A stretch of 63,978 nucleotides of DNA, counting the filler, from Octopus bimaculoides (Eukaryota), in NCBI RefSeq assembly GCF_001194135.2. It is 5 parts of 5 records of this genome, joined end to end, with 100 filler letters (N's around TTAATTAATTAA, not from the genome) between each part and the next. Parts side by side here need not be neighbours in the genome. Positions count along the whole stretch, not along the records: positions 1 to 30,538 come from NC_068994.1; positions 30,639 to 52,395 come from NC_068986.1; 3 more parts are not named here. One strand, given 5' to 3'. The notes below the pieces were generated by a model. That model worked only from the letters and a program-made list of their open reading frames with translations. It searched no databases and was not told the DNA's origin. A program made the position numbers and the translations under genes. Below, in pieces: positions 25,215 through 38,354 of the stretch; the first letter of the stretch is position 1, and every line of letters starts with the position of its first letter.

Positions 25215-26091
25215 ACGACAGAAATTTATGCATGAGTCATGATACGAAATGAAGTAACGCTATGCTGGCTACTGTCTTCTCAGATACCTCGGCTGCTTGT
25301 CAAAATTTTTTACTATGGCCTTCTTGATGTCAAAATCTCGAATATGGCGTTATTTGTGAAGTAAACGATCTACCAGTTAGAACAGTAAGTCAAACGTAGT
25401 GTCTATCACATGGGAGGGAAAATATAATGTATCGGACTACTAGCCCATAAAGTATGAATTCAAAATTATAACAACAGCTATTGTTATAGCAATTTGTCTC
25501 TGCGCGGGACGCTGACTCCAACGTTTCAACACTTTCTAGGCAGAGACTGCTACTATGACCCCTGGGAAAAGTTTTCAGTAATAAACGAGTCTCTTTTTCC
25601 AGAAGAAAAATTGACTTTCTAATAGAAATTATTGTAACAGTAGTTACACAGCTCTATAAAATGCATTGGGAGAGAATGTTATGAATGTTATATAGCTAGC
25701 GTGAATAAAATCACATTGTTTTCTCTAAACAACGATCTAATAAAATAAAAACATTGAAATATCTTAATACATTTTTTTTTTATCGTTACAATATCGAACG
25801 GTTTTATGAGAAACTTTAAGGAGAAACGTGTTCCTCTTAAATTTTCAGTTTGAAATACTGTGTAACAAAAACGATTTAAATAACAAATAGACAACACAAA
25901 AATTATTTGATTTGAATTAATCTATGAAATTCTCCTCGGTATGATTTCTCTCCAAGTATTATGTATTTTATGCCAGAACAATACTTTGGGGACAACTACA
26001 GCCCAGAATTCGATAGTTGCCCTCCTATTTAGAAATTATGTCAAGGAGCATGAATACACAACATATACTATACTATACATGTGTGTGTATA

Positions 26092-26157
<66 letters not shown>

Positions 26158-26377
26158 CACACACATATCCACAGACAGAAAAACATACCTACAGACACGT
26201 AGAAATTTACGTGTGTATATACTGTATGTGTGCATATGTGCACATATACACACACATACTAATACTCAATAAACGAGCACGGAAAAGAAATATACGATAA
26301 TTGATCATTATCACCGGTAATATCATCATGATCATCATCATCATCATCATTGCTGTCGTCGTCGTCGTCACCGCCAA

Positions 26378-26409
<32 letters not shown>

Positions 26410-27149
26410 CCATCATCATCATCCTTGACAGCATCTTCAGCATAATAGATTCTTTAATAAGAAGCTTTCTTACAGCGACTTCTAACCAAGAGCCATCCCA
26501 CATTTTAAATATAGTCAAGTAGCTGAATGAATTTTCATTTGCGTCAGCATTCTTTTTTTGTCTTTTCTTTTCTTTTCTTTCTTTTCTTTTTCATTTCTAT
26601 CTATTTTTTTTTTCTTTTTCTATTTTTTTTTTGTCATCTTGTCTCTCATCTAGAAAGTTTATTAACTTCTTTTTTTTATTTCTCTTCCTCATTGACAGCA
26701 AATTTTAATCTCATCGCATTAAAAGGAATTTCTTTTCAATCAACATTGGTTTGCTGATTGGTTTATATAGCAAGACAGATAGGTCGTTTCTCGAATATGA
26801 GTTTACAGTACAATTTTTCTCACGCGAGTAGTGTAGTCGATTCCGCTTAATCGCATCGCTTACGATAGATTATTGGATTTCTTCATGCAATTAACCGGAG
26901 TATGCATTTTGCTGAATTCATTTGGTTGGCGATAAATTTCGAAATTTTAATATACTACCAGCAATAAAGTAGTTAAGAATTTTCAAAAATAATAATAATA
27001 TTCCTATGTGTGTACAATGTTTATCAAATGCAGCTGTAGCACATTCTCTCGGACATTTCCACTAGATTACCGGTTATGTGTTTAATTAGCATATTTAATT
27101 AATCCGCTCCTCATTCCATCCGTCCATGTTTTCCCGAGAGCGTCGTAGG

Positions 27150-27338
27150 GATAGAGTCCTCAGGCACCTTCTCCGTAAGGTCCTATCAGAAGTATACATC
27201 ATTAGACTTTCCTGCTGGATTTTCAAGGGTGACCAACTGATATATGGCAAGATATTGCCATATTGAGGTATAAATATACAAGTATACCTCATCATGTTGA
27301 ACCGTTAATCCCTACACATATTTTTCTTCCTCCGTTAT

Positions 27339-27385
<47 letters not shown>

Positions 27386-27527
27386 CTTCCTGTCAATCTT
27401 TTCTGATGAAGAGCGTAGGCTCGAAACGTCAAAGCTTTTCTATTATTTCCGAGCGTCAAACTAATACACCTGCTTGTTGTTTCTTCACTCGTTTTCGTCT
27501 TTTGTTTTCTGTAAATTTGAACTATAT
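27150..27527 (+). mobile_element. Stand-alone Penelope-type terminal repeat (pLTR/3' UTR) carrying the hammerhead
   Basis: Sequence 3' of the hammerhead (ccgagcgtcaaactaatacacctgcttgttg...ttttcgtcttttgttttct) matches the reverse complement of 33531-33640, the 3' end of a Penelope-like copy. Ends at (TG)n. Left boundary approximate. Confidence 0.6.
27399..27434 (+). ncRNA. Minimal type I hammerhead ribozyme motif
   Basis: TTTT-CTGATGA-A-GAGC-GTAG-GCTC-GAAA-CGT-C-AAAG: core CUGAUGA, 4-bp stem II, GAAA, palindromic ACGT in place of helix III, GUC triplet, short helix I (UUUU/AAAG). Confidence 0.7.
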
Positions 27528-29219
27528 GTGTGTGTGTGTGTCTGGTGTGTGTGTTNNNNNNNNNNNNNNNNNNNNNNNNNNNNNNNNNNNNNNNNNNGGG
27601 GGGGAGTTCGTTTTTGTACCTAGTTTGCAAGATTCTTTATCTGAATTCGTGCGTTGAAAAAATGTTGTGTGTTAATAATGACTCTCTCTACACACACACA
27701 CACACACACACACTTATGGCCATGCAGTTAATTTGTTTTTAAATAAGCAATATTAATTTGTTTACACAATGCTTATCAAATTTAGCTCCTTTTCCCCTTA
27801 AACATTTTAATGAGGTTATCAATTAAGTGATTCATTAGCGCGTTAACTAAATCTTATCTTTATTTATTTTAATACTTTATTCATCTAAATATTTCCAGGA
27901 GTATTTCTTCTCAAATAAAACAAATATATATCGTCAGTTATAGTGTTGCATGCAGAAGCACAAGCCATAATGTGGAAATAACACAGGAGAAACAATTTTA
28001 TATACAGGCAACGTCATCCTAAATTATACGCTTAATTTTTGTAGCTAGATTCTATTGTCAGAAATATCAGCAGATTTTCATTACGAAATTAAGATCTGAC
28101 AAAGCCCCAGAACTTTTGTGCAAGATATTGCCATTTACAACAGTTGCTACGTTATACAACTTTATGCATGGATTCCTCTTAACTGAATATCGAATAATTA
28201 CATTATTCGGTTAATTGCATGCTTTAAAACGCATAACCGTTTAACATTAAATATATGTAAAATTGATCGATTAATTGCATAAAATTATTTCGTATTTTGA
28301 GTAAGAAATCGACTAAATGTTGCATAAAATTGAACATTTATTTGATTTCAGTGAAAAAGTGATTCTGGAAGCTTAATTTTCGTGACCAGTTAAAATGACA
28401 GTATTCACTACATCATATTTACAAACAATCAATGTCGAAAGGGTCAAATGTATTTAAGTTTTATTCGTAACATTTCAATTATTTAAAGACTATCGAAGTT
28501 CGGATTGCGCCGTAATTTTACCCTATTTTTAATTATGTCTAAAATTCTTCATTGCAGCAAGAATTTGCAATAAGATAATTTTTAAATGAAGTGGTCCATG
28601 GAGGCCATTTTGTTGTTTGCATTATTGATTACATTAGACTGTGATTGATCCAATTAAATTTCTCTTAATCCGCATACCCCGAGTGATTATCATTTAGTAA
28701 TTTGGAGAGTGTAGAATTTAATGCCTGAACGTATAAGTTTGGCTAATTTGGGTAATTGAAGAATATTAAAGGTAATTGAAAACCTCATAACGGATAAGTA
28801 AAATGATTGTCATACAGATACACATCGATAATAATATTGATTTCAAGTTTTGGCAGAAGGCTAGTAAGTTCGGGAAAAGAGCTTAATCGATTAAATCGCC
28901 CAGTGTTCAACTGGTATTTATTTTATCGACCCCAAAAGGATGAAAAACAAAGTCGACCTCGGCGGATTTTGAACACATCAATAATAATATCAATTCTTTC
29001 TACTATAGGCACAGGGCTTGAAAATTTTGGGAGCACGTTCTAGTTGATAATATCGACCTCAGTGTTTCACTGGTACTTATTTTATCGATCCGGCAAGAAT
29101 AAAAGTCGAAATCGACCTCGGCGACAAAAATTAACTGAATTGTGTACAGAAAGAAATCGTGTACAGAACATACACTAGAAACAAAGCGATATTCTTGTAC
29201 TCTTATAAAATCTATACGA

Positions 29220-29560
29220 GTGTGGTTACCAACACTCACATAGAAATACGTCTCCTGTTCACTTTCCTACAAAAATACTTTTCACCTCCTTATTTCCGAG
29301 CAGACGACAGCTAACACCGCGAGACTTTTGTCGCTGAAACTACTTTTTTCCCCCGTTTGTTCTTCCGTGTGTTTCTAGGTTCTCCTAGCTTTTCCTCCTC
29401 TTTTTCTACTATCCGAAGAAGTATTACGCCCGAAGTATTATGTCCGAAACGTATTACGTCCGAAACGTTGACTTTTCCCCCTTCCCTCGAATGTTAAACT
29501 AATGATATTATTGTTTTTCTGTATAATCGTGCTTGGATTCTTTTGTTCTTTGCTACTCAC
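29220..29560 (+). mobile_element. Diverged Penelope-type terminal repeat with degenerate, internally triplicated hammerhead-like segment
   Basis: gaaacgttgacttttcc...cgaatgttaaactaat resembles gaaacgtcaaagcttttc...cgagcgtcaaactaat of the 27.4-kb copy. Boundaries approximate. Confidence 0.4.
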
Positions 29561-29769
29561 AATTACACACATACGTACATGTTAGAAACTGCTTGTTGTG
29601 ATCACTGTGAAGAAAAGCATTTTAGAGAACAATAGCCAGGTAATAATATAAGCAGAGAATACAACTAAATATCTTTAGTAGGCTTAGGACCCACCAACTT
29701 TGATGATGGTAACCAATTGACAGCAACGTCCGTGATTACAAGAGGCAGCGCCACTGTTCACACAAACTC

Positions 29770-29825
<56 letters not shown>

Positions 29826-29835
29826 TGAGAGAGAA

Positions 29836-29915
<80 letters not shown>

Positions 29916-30538
29916 TAAAACAGAGGGTAAGAGAAAGAGAGGGAGAAAGCGACTTAACATTTGTTTTATGGCATATGCATATATACGTATATTTCAACAC
30001 ATTGATATACGTGTACAAATGCCTACGTGTGTTCATATATGTATAACACATCATTAAAAAGGAATGCAGAAATACGTGCGGTCACACATACATACATACA
30101 CACACAAAGATATATTAACGTCTTTATCAATTCTATGCTTCTATCCAATGGCTTCAACGATGTTATTGATCAAAGGCTAGCTTACTTTTGGGGGTTATGT
30201 TTGTTATCGCAGAGCGATTCACTTTGCTAACGGAAGACAGATATTCCAACGCCCAGTAATGTATATTCTCACACGTCTGTGTGCAATGCAATCACATACA
30301 CACACACACACACACACACGTGTGTGTGTTCATGTATTTGTCGTTTAATCTATTAAGCTTTTCGTCGGTGAATTCATTTGATTTTGTAGATTCGGGAAAA
30401 TGAGCTTAGAAAGGAGAGCCATTGAATTAGTTTTACTCCGTGACCGATTCGAAAACTCATTCCATTTTCTCGTAATACTTGCTTCCCGGCTGACACAAAA
30501 ATTCACTGCAGTTAACCAACTTTGAACTGGTTTCGTCG

Positions 30539-30638
30539 NNNNNNNNNNNNNNNNNNNNNNNNNNNNNNNNNNNNNNNNNNNNTTAATTAATTAANNNNNN
30601 NNNNNNNNNNNNNNNNNNNNNNNNNNNNNNNNNNNNNN
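30539..30638. other. Artificial scaffold-join spacer (44N-TTAATTAATTAA-44N)
   Basis: Identical 100-bp construct at four places. The 12-mer gives stops in all six frames. Confidence 0.93.
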
Positions 30639-32157
30639 TATATATATTTATACACACACACATATATATATGTGTGTGTGTGTGTATTTATATAGATAGT
30701 CACTTTTTCATTTACTGGTCTTTACATTGCACAACAACTACGTTGGAGTATTGCCTGAAAGGTATATTTGATCCTGTTGATATCCAGTACTTATTTCAGT
30801 CTGGTGATTATTTAATCAATATCAAATTGTCTAAGTTATAGAAAATAAAGAAGAATAGCATAAGCAATGCTTATTTTGAAACTGGTGTTAACATTCAGAG
30901 GCATGAGCACCCATATCATATACTCATTGATACTCACCAATATACAGCTGGATGCATAAATGTGCTTATGTGTGGGTTGTATATGAATGCATATTCCAGA
31001 TTTTAGAATAGCTGCAGCATATCCCTACAGACCAAAAGAGGTGCCTCTGCTCTTAAAGCAACACCTCTAAAAGTCAGCCCCAACATTAAGCAAGAAGAAA
31101 TACATGTATAGGCATGTATACACACACACACACACACATAAGAGTGCATGTCCTAGTGGTTAGGCTTGTTGCACTTACAGTTGTGGGATCATGATTTCAA
31201 TTCCTGTACTGGATGGTGCAGTGTGTTCTTGAGCAAAGCGTTTCATCTCAGGTTTCTCTGCAATCACTTCAACACTTCAAATGCACCTGTTCAGGTAACG
31301 TCAATTTGATGGAAGGAGTATGCCAATGTACAGTACATACATTTGATCCCCATACACAAATCCTTTATGCAGGTTGTTCAGCAAGAAATTGCAGAACTAT
31401 CTTCATCACACACACACACATATAGAAACATTGTTGTTCCTAAATCTCTCAATGAGAGATATTCAGTAGTAGCACCTTAAAGTAACCATTATTTGCCAAC
31501 GTAATGTGGCAGTCCCATTTGGGGTAAATGCTACTGTTGTTTAGCCCCAGGAAACATCGTCTCCAGCAGCTATACGACACATGATCTGTGTCGTTATATT
31601 TTCGAAAAGGGGAGGTTAGCACCCCCACCCAGCACAAAGTATCTGTAGACCGTAATAACCCTAAAGCCGTGGAGACGATGTTTCCTGTCTATCTGTTTGT
31701 CTGTCTGTCTGCGTGTCTGTCTGTCTGCCTGTCAGTCTGTCTGTCTATCTGCCTGTTTGTCAATCCGTCTGTCCGTCTGTTTCTGTCTGTCTATCTGTCT
31801 CTCTCTCACCCTCTCTCCCAACACCAAATTATATTTATAAAAATCTGTAACACAGAGCTATACCTTGTGCTGCACCAGTTTACCATTTGATCATTATTAT
31901 TTAGAGTATTGAGATATAAACCTTTGAAAGAATAATTAGTTTTTATGTCATAATGTTTAATTTTGTAATTTATGTTTGGCCTCCTATTATACAGAGGCAG
32001 CGAATTGGTAAAATCATTTGATTGTTGGTTAGAATGCCTTGCAATATATATTCCAACTCTCTTCTCTTTGGGTTCAAGTCCTGCTAAAATTGATTTTATT
32101 TTTCAACCTTCTGGTGACACTTAATAAAGTTCCAGTCAAGTACATGAATAGATTCTT

Positions 32158-32215
<58 letters not shown>

Positions 32216-33362
32216 GTAGTGTGTATATATGAAGGGTTATTTTGTGTTCCTATAGTAACCAATCAGCTGCAGCAGTCCAGTTCTGTTATTAATATGTGGG
32301 TTGTTAATTAAAATAGCTTCTTTTGTTCACAAGTTTCCAATGTTCCTTTCCATTGCTTCGAGGGAAATTTGGATGTCTTGGATGTGGGATTTCTGTAGGT
32401 GTTTTTTGACAGAAGAAGCATTAGCATAAAAGCTATTATGATTAACAAGTACAACTCATATATTAATAATGGTTTTAAATTTTGGCACAAGGCCAAAAGG
32501 AGAGAGGGGAAATCGGTTACATCAACCCTAGTGTTCAATTGGTACTTATTTTATCGAACCTGAAAAGATCAAAGGCGAAGTTGACCCCAGCAGCATTTGA
32601 ACTCAGAACTTAAAAATGGATGAAATACTGCAAAGCATTTTGCCTGGTATTTCTGACACCTTGCTACCTTGACCCACATATTAATAATACAATCAAACTG
32701 CATGCAGCTGATTGGCTGCTATAGCAATATATAACAACCCTTCATCCTTCCTCCCTCACACACACACACTACAGGATAGAGAAGTCAACCCACAACACCA
32801 TTTCTCTGAAGATTTCCTGAAGAAGGGGTTCTGACACTGAAATATTGAAATACAAGATAAAAGTACTGTCAGCCTGTATCATTTTTTATAATTTGCAATG
32901 TTTCAGCTTTATAAAAAAAATAATGAAACACACGCACACACATGTATAAATGTATGAATGTATGTAGGCACAGATGGCCATATTTCAAATATCATAGTTC
33001 AAATTACAAAGCTGAAGGAGACTCCTCTCCAAAGGATAACATAGAAACGCTTTAATTATATTGCAAACTTTTCTGTCATATGGAATTTCCCAATTTCTAT
33101 TACAAATGAAGTCACATTTAACCTTTCATTTTTCTTGTCATTAATATTGTCATCCTTAGAGGTCATTTTATGATTTAAAATATTGTTGTAAACTGAGTAA
33201 TTTATGTATATAAGTGTATCTATCTATTTGTCTGCCTATCTCCCTTTCTCTTTCTCTGTGTGTNNNNNNNNNNNNNNNNNNNNNNNNNNNNNNNNNNNNN
33301 NNNNNNNNNNNNNNNNNNNNNNNNNNNNNNNNNNNNNNNNNNNTATGTATATATTTATATAT

Positions 33363-33394
<32 letters not shown>

Positions 33395-33397
33395 GTG

Positions 33398-33469
<72 letters not shown>

Positions 33470-33485
33470 CATCCACACACACACG

Positions 33486-33530
<45 letters not shown>

Positions 33531-33533
<3 letters not shown>

Positions 33534-34793
33534 GGGGAGAATTCACAAAAAACAAAAGACGAAAACAAGTGGTGAAAACAACAAACAGATGTATTAGTTT
33601 AATGCTCGGGAAGTGAAGAAGGCTTTAATGTTTCGAGCCTACACTCTTCCATGGAAAGGAACACAGAAAGAAACAAGGAGAGGAAATAAAGTATATATTA
33701 ATAGTAATGGTGAGACAACAAAAGAATGAAAGAGATCTTGATATCATGTAGAGGAATTTATTTGTAATGTATGTTACAATTATTTGGTTGTCATAATAAA
33801 ACTCCAAGTTTTGGATGTTGGAATGGAAACCTGCACTGGAATCTCTTCAGTTATCGAAGCAATTAAAATATGCTATGAAAATGACCGTTAAACAAAGGGA
33901 AATTACTATGTAAATGACCATTATTAAGACAAAAGAGCTATTAGAATCACCGTTAAATAAGGGAAAAAACCTGAAGGAGTGGAAGTAAAAAGTAAAAGAG
34001 TAAGAAAGCTTATAGCACTCGCGTGTGCACACATGTTCATACTGACACCTTTATCTTTTAAGGATTATATGTGACTGAATAATTTGGTCGTTTTCCTTTT
34101 ATTTCAGTGTCTGAAGCTCAAGGTATGATTGTTGAACCTGGCCTTGAAATTCACCTCTGTAAGGCCCACATATTTCTTTGTCAAAACTGTGCCCTTAGTG
34201 GTTGTAGAGTCTACGGTGGCTTCATAAATGATTGTCTCGAACATGCAAGCTCCATTTAGCAGGCACAAATTTTTATCCCTGTATGAACAGCTGGTTTCAT
34301 TTTATGGTTTTTGCATTTTGTGTACGATTATATCTTTAAAATTAGTAGTTGAGCTGAAACTGATTTTTAAATTATGTCTATTGAAGAGCTTTCTGCAACT
34401 ATGGTTAACTGGAAAATGTCTATCTATCAGCGCTAAGAAATACTTACCTATATTAAAGGTCACTTCGGGGGAGTAGGTGGGGTGTGAACCAGAGAGTTTT
34501 CCTATTCCTGTTTCCTTTTCTTTATTATTGTACTGGTGGCAGGTACATAGTTTATTTCCTCGCTAAAACCACTGTCTTTTAGAGCCTTATTATATACTGG
34601 GGCAACGCTATTAAAAATGTTCCTATCGGAGTGAGGCTGGACATTCTTTTGCTAATGTTTTTAACAAAATTTTTAAGCACTGTGGTGGGGATGGCAGGAA
34701 CCCACATTAATATAACTAAGTCTTTCGTTGGGCTTCCTATAAGGCTTATAAATATTCTTACTTAGATCTAAGGATACATCTAGGAAATTGACA
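33531..34793 (-). mobile_element. 5'-truncated Penelope-like element (RT thumb + GIY-YIG + 3' UTR with hammerhead remnants); left arm of inverted pair
   Basis: Reverse complement reads VNFLDVSLDLSKNIYKPYRKPNERLSYI... and KKYVGLTE.NFKARFNNHTLSF, with frameshifts and stops. Continues into a UTR that ends at a (CA)/(TA) microsatellite. Confidence 0.85.
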
Positions 34794-35545
34794 AATGATG
34801 AAAACTTTTGGTCTTAGCATAACTACAGATAACCTGATGGCTGTCAATTTCCTACATGTATCTTTAGATCTAAATAAGAATATTTATAAGCCTTATAGGA
34901 AGCCCAATGATAGACTTAGTTATATTAATGCGGATTCCTGCCATCCCTCCATAGTGCTTAAAAATTTAGTTAAAAACATTAGCAAAAGAATTTCTAGCCT
35001 CTCCTCCAATAGGGATATTTTTAGTAGCGTTGCCCCAGTATATAATAAGGCTCTAAAAGATAGTGGTTTTAGTGAAGAAATGAACTATACACCTGCCACC
35101 AGTACAATAATAAAGAAAAGGACAACCATCTGGTTCCCCCCACCCCTACTCCTCCGAAGTGACCTTTAATATAGGTAAGTATTTCTTAGCACTGATAGAT
35201 AAACATTTTCCAGTTAACCATAGTTACAGAAAGCTCTTCAATAGACATAACTTAAAAATCAGTTTCAGCTCAACTACTAATTTTAAAGATATACTCACAC
35301 ACAAAACGCAAAAACCATAAAATGAAACCAGCTGTTCATGCAGGGATAAAAATTTGCGACTGCTAAATGGAGCTTGCATGTCCGAGACAATCAATTATGA
35401 AGCCACCGTAGACTCTACAACCACTAAAGGCACAGTTTTGACAAAGAAATATGTGGGCCTTACAGAAGGGAATTTCAAGGCCAAGTTCAATAATCACACC
35501 TTGAGCTTCAAGTACTGGGATACAAGGAAAACGACCAAATTATCC
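34794..35545 (+). mobile_element. 5'-truncated Penelope-like element (RT thumb + GIY-YIG); right arm of inverted pair
   Basis: ORFs 34795-35169 (VNFLHVSLDLNKNIYKPYRKPND...HPSIVLKN...IWFPPP) and 35354-35584 (INYEATV...KKYVGLTEGNFKAKFNNH) are typical C-terminal-endonuclease PLE motifs. Cut off at its 3' side by a SINE at about 35550. Confidence 0.85.
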
Positions 35546-35552
35546 AAATTGT

Positions 35553-35896
35553 GGCCGATGCCAGCACCACCTGACTGGCTTTAGTGCTAGTGGCATGTAA
35601 AAAACACCATTTGAGCATGGTCATTGCCGGTGTCGCTTGACTGGCTCTGGTGTAGGTGGCATGTAAAAAGCACCATTCAAGTGTGGTCAATGCCAGTACT
35701 GTCTGACTGGCTCTCATGCTGGTGGCATGTAAAAAGCACCCACTACACTCTCAGAGTGGTTGGTGTTAGGAAGGGCATCCAGCTGTAGAAACCTTGCCGG
35801 ATCAGATTGGAGCATGGTACAGCCTTCTGGCTTGTCAGTCCTCAATAAAACCATCTAACCCATGCCACCATGGAAAGTGGACGTTAAACAATGATA
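35553..35896 (+). mobile_element. Family A copy with three internal ~65-bp tandem units
   Basis: Three units gactggct...tggcatgtaaaaa(g)cacc (35555-35745) precede the ttaggaagggcatccagctg tail. Confidence 0.8.
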
Positions 35897-36545
35897 ATAT
35901 ATATACATACTAGTGTATATAAACACAACACTGTGCTTCCAGGATCTCAGTTTCACAGTGATTGGCAGTTTTCGCAAGAATTTCATATCACCAGTCATCC
36001 TAACCCTTTGTCATCTCCTTTGTGAAGTTCAAGGTCCCGAGATCAGCTAGAGATCATTCCATGCCATCCTCTATATTTAGCCATACTAAATCCTTTTTCT
36101 AACACAGATATAGTATTAGCCTAAATCTCTTCTCTCTTAAGAATACTGCCAAACTAGAAGCTTCTATCAAACAGTATAATTCATTATCTGTCACAGATTA
36201 ATATCATATGTTATCTGGAAGTCTGAATCAGAAAGTATTTTTGATAACTAGAATATTTTTGAATAAATGTCGGAAAGACCTGGAAATTTAAACTGTAGGG
36301 TGTGATAGCTATCTTTAAAAGCTGCTTTGCAACAAATCCAGAAAACGATTAGTTCAATGGACTAAGGGAAGCCATTAAATATTATAATAATTCTTTGATC
36401 ACTGTTTGGTATATTTGGTGATAAGGTATTGATCAATAGAAAAGTTGTATAAAAAAGAAGAATCAAGATGATAGGATAAGAAGTTTACTCATGATGATGA
36501 TAACAACCAAAGGTTAGAAAATGTCAGAATGCATATGTGTGTGTA

Positions 36546-36580
<35 letters not shown>

Positions 36581-36801
36581 CTATATATATGTGCACTTGC
36601 TTGGATGTGTGATTGGGAAGTTTGCTTAAGAACTACGAGGTTAGGGGTTTAGTTCCGATTTCAGGAATGTCATCAGNNNNNNNNNNNNNNNNNNNNNNNN
36701 NNNNNNNNNNNNNNNNNNNNNNNNNNNNNNNNNNNNNNNNNNNNNNNNNNNNNNNNNNNNNNNNNNNNNNNNNNNNNNNNNNNNNNNNNNNNNNNNNNNN
36801 N

Positions 36802-36845
<44 letters not shown>

Positions 36846-37560
36846 TTATTTTATGTGTAATTAAGCCTATGTTCGGTCATAGGGTGACAAATGGTTTTGC
36901 ATCTACAAAGGGCTTAGCCCCATGGACGGCTTGGCAGACTCTATAGCCAAAGACAAATGTAACTCTTCATCCCTGGGAGGCAGGAATCCATTATGGTCAG
37001 TTGGTTAGTAAGTCACCAAGGCATAACCACTCTGGGTTAGCAAAGATGGGTTATCTCCCTTCGACCAGTTGATATGGGCCAAAGGAAGGGGAACAAGGAG
37101 ATTTAACCTTGGGTTGATTTTAGTTTGTAGGATCTTTTTGGGTCTAATTAGGGAATGGGGAATCCCATGCTTGCAGCAGGTAGTGTCTGAAATGGATAAC
37201 TACCAAACTTAAAATAAGTACTAGGGTCGATCTGATTGACCCTAGCCCCATTCAAGGTACTGCATGAACCAGCATGGCTACAGTTCAATGACTGAATCAA
37301 GTTAAAGAACAAAGAATAAAAGAATATTAAGGTGCTTTAGAGATGACAGGATGATATTTCTTCTTAGATGAACTAAAACCAAGATAATCGCAACACTTAA
37401 AAAGTCCAGAAAAAGGTGGGTGGGTGAAATAATTCACAATTTCTTAAAATCTTTAGAGGTTTAATAAAAACTTACAAAGAGGTCTAATAAAAACTTACAA
37501 AGCAGAATCTGAGAAAACTTGGGGTGACCTGCATTGACAAAAATTACTCAGTGAATGAAG

Positions 37561-37960
37561 TTAAACCTTTAGTGTTTAATCCAGCCATGTCTGGCTGAAA
37601 TATTCTATCTGTTTTATGTTGAAACTGACCAGATCCAACTTCACAAGATAATGTGTGATTAATTCAAAACTTTTTTATCCTTGTATGTTGGATATATGAT
37701 TTAACAAAGCAAGGGGAAAGAAACTATTTACATCATGCACTACTATTACTATTACACACAGAGTCAACTCTCTCATTCATGGCTCACAGTGAACTGCTTA
37801 CCAGCCTGAACTGTCAGTCACTCACAGTTCTTTATTTTATAACAATGAGTCAGTCCACCTTTTAGTCACTTGGTGGGTGATCGGAATCCTTCCTCAACAG
37901 AAACAATATGAACAAATAAGGAATATATTTGAGAAAGAAACCTAAATGTTAAAGGGTTAA
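37561..37960. mobile_element. piggyBac-type non-autonomous element (TTAA ends), composite
   Basis: TTAAACCTTTAG...ctaaatgttAAAGGGTTAA. Left part (ccagccatgtctggctgaaatattctatctgttttatgttgaaactgaccagatcc) is the inverse of 11250-11320. Confidence 0.55.
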
Positions 37961-38354
37961 TGAGTTTGTTTTGATAAGTTTATATGTCATAAGGAGAAGA
38001 AAGATTTGACTTTTCTGGATTGGCTATTCATCTAAGAGAAAAAAAATTTTATTTGAAAAAAAAGAGATTTATTTTTCATTTCCAGATGAAGATTTTCTCA
38101 GAAAGTATCAAATCTCTGTTATTCTCATAGCAAACAAATTTATCCACACTTATGAATATTTATATAAACAGCTGAATGCAAAGTGTAAGGTTATATATTG
38201 CAAGATTAGTCGGGCAAAATTTAAACCATGCAGCGAGTTACCTTTTCCAGATACTTTCAAGATTTAACTGTTTACAGAATAATTAAAACAAATTAATGGT
38301 GATAAGCGAGATAAATCTTTATATTAGAATTTTAGTATGATGAAAAACACTTAC

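Noticed and set aside
30583-30594. Recurrent TTAATTAATTAA as a biological motif
   Set aside because: Always centred in exactly 44+44 N, so it is an assembly linker.
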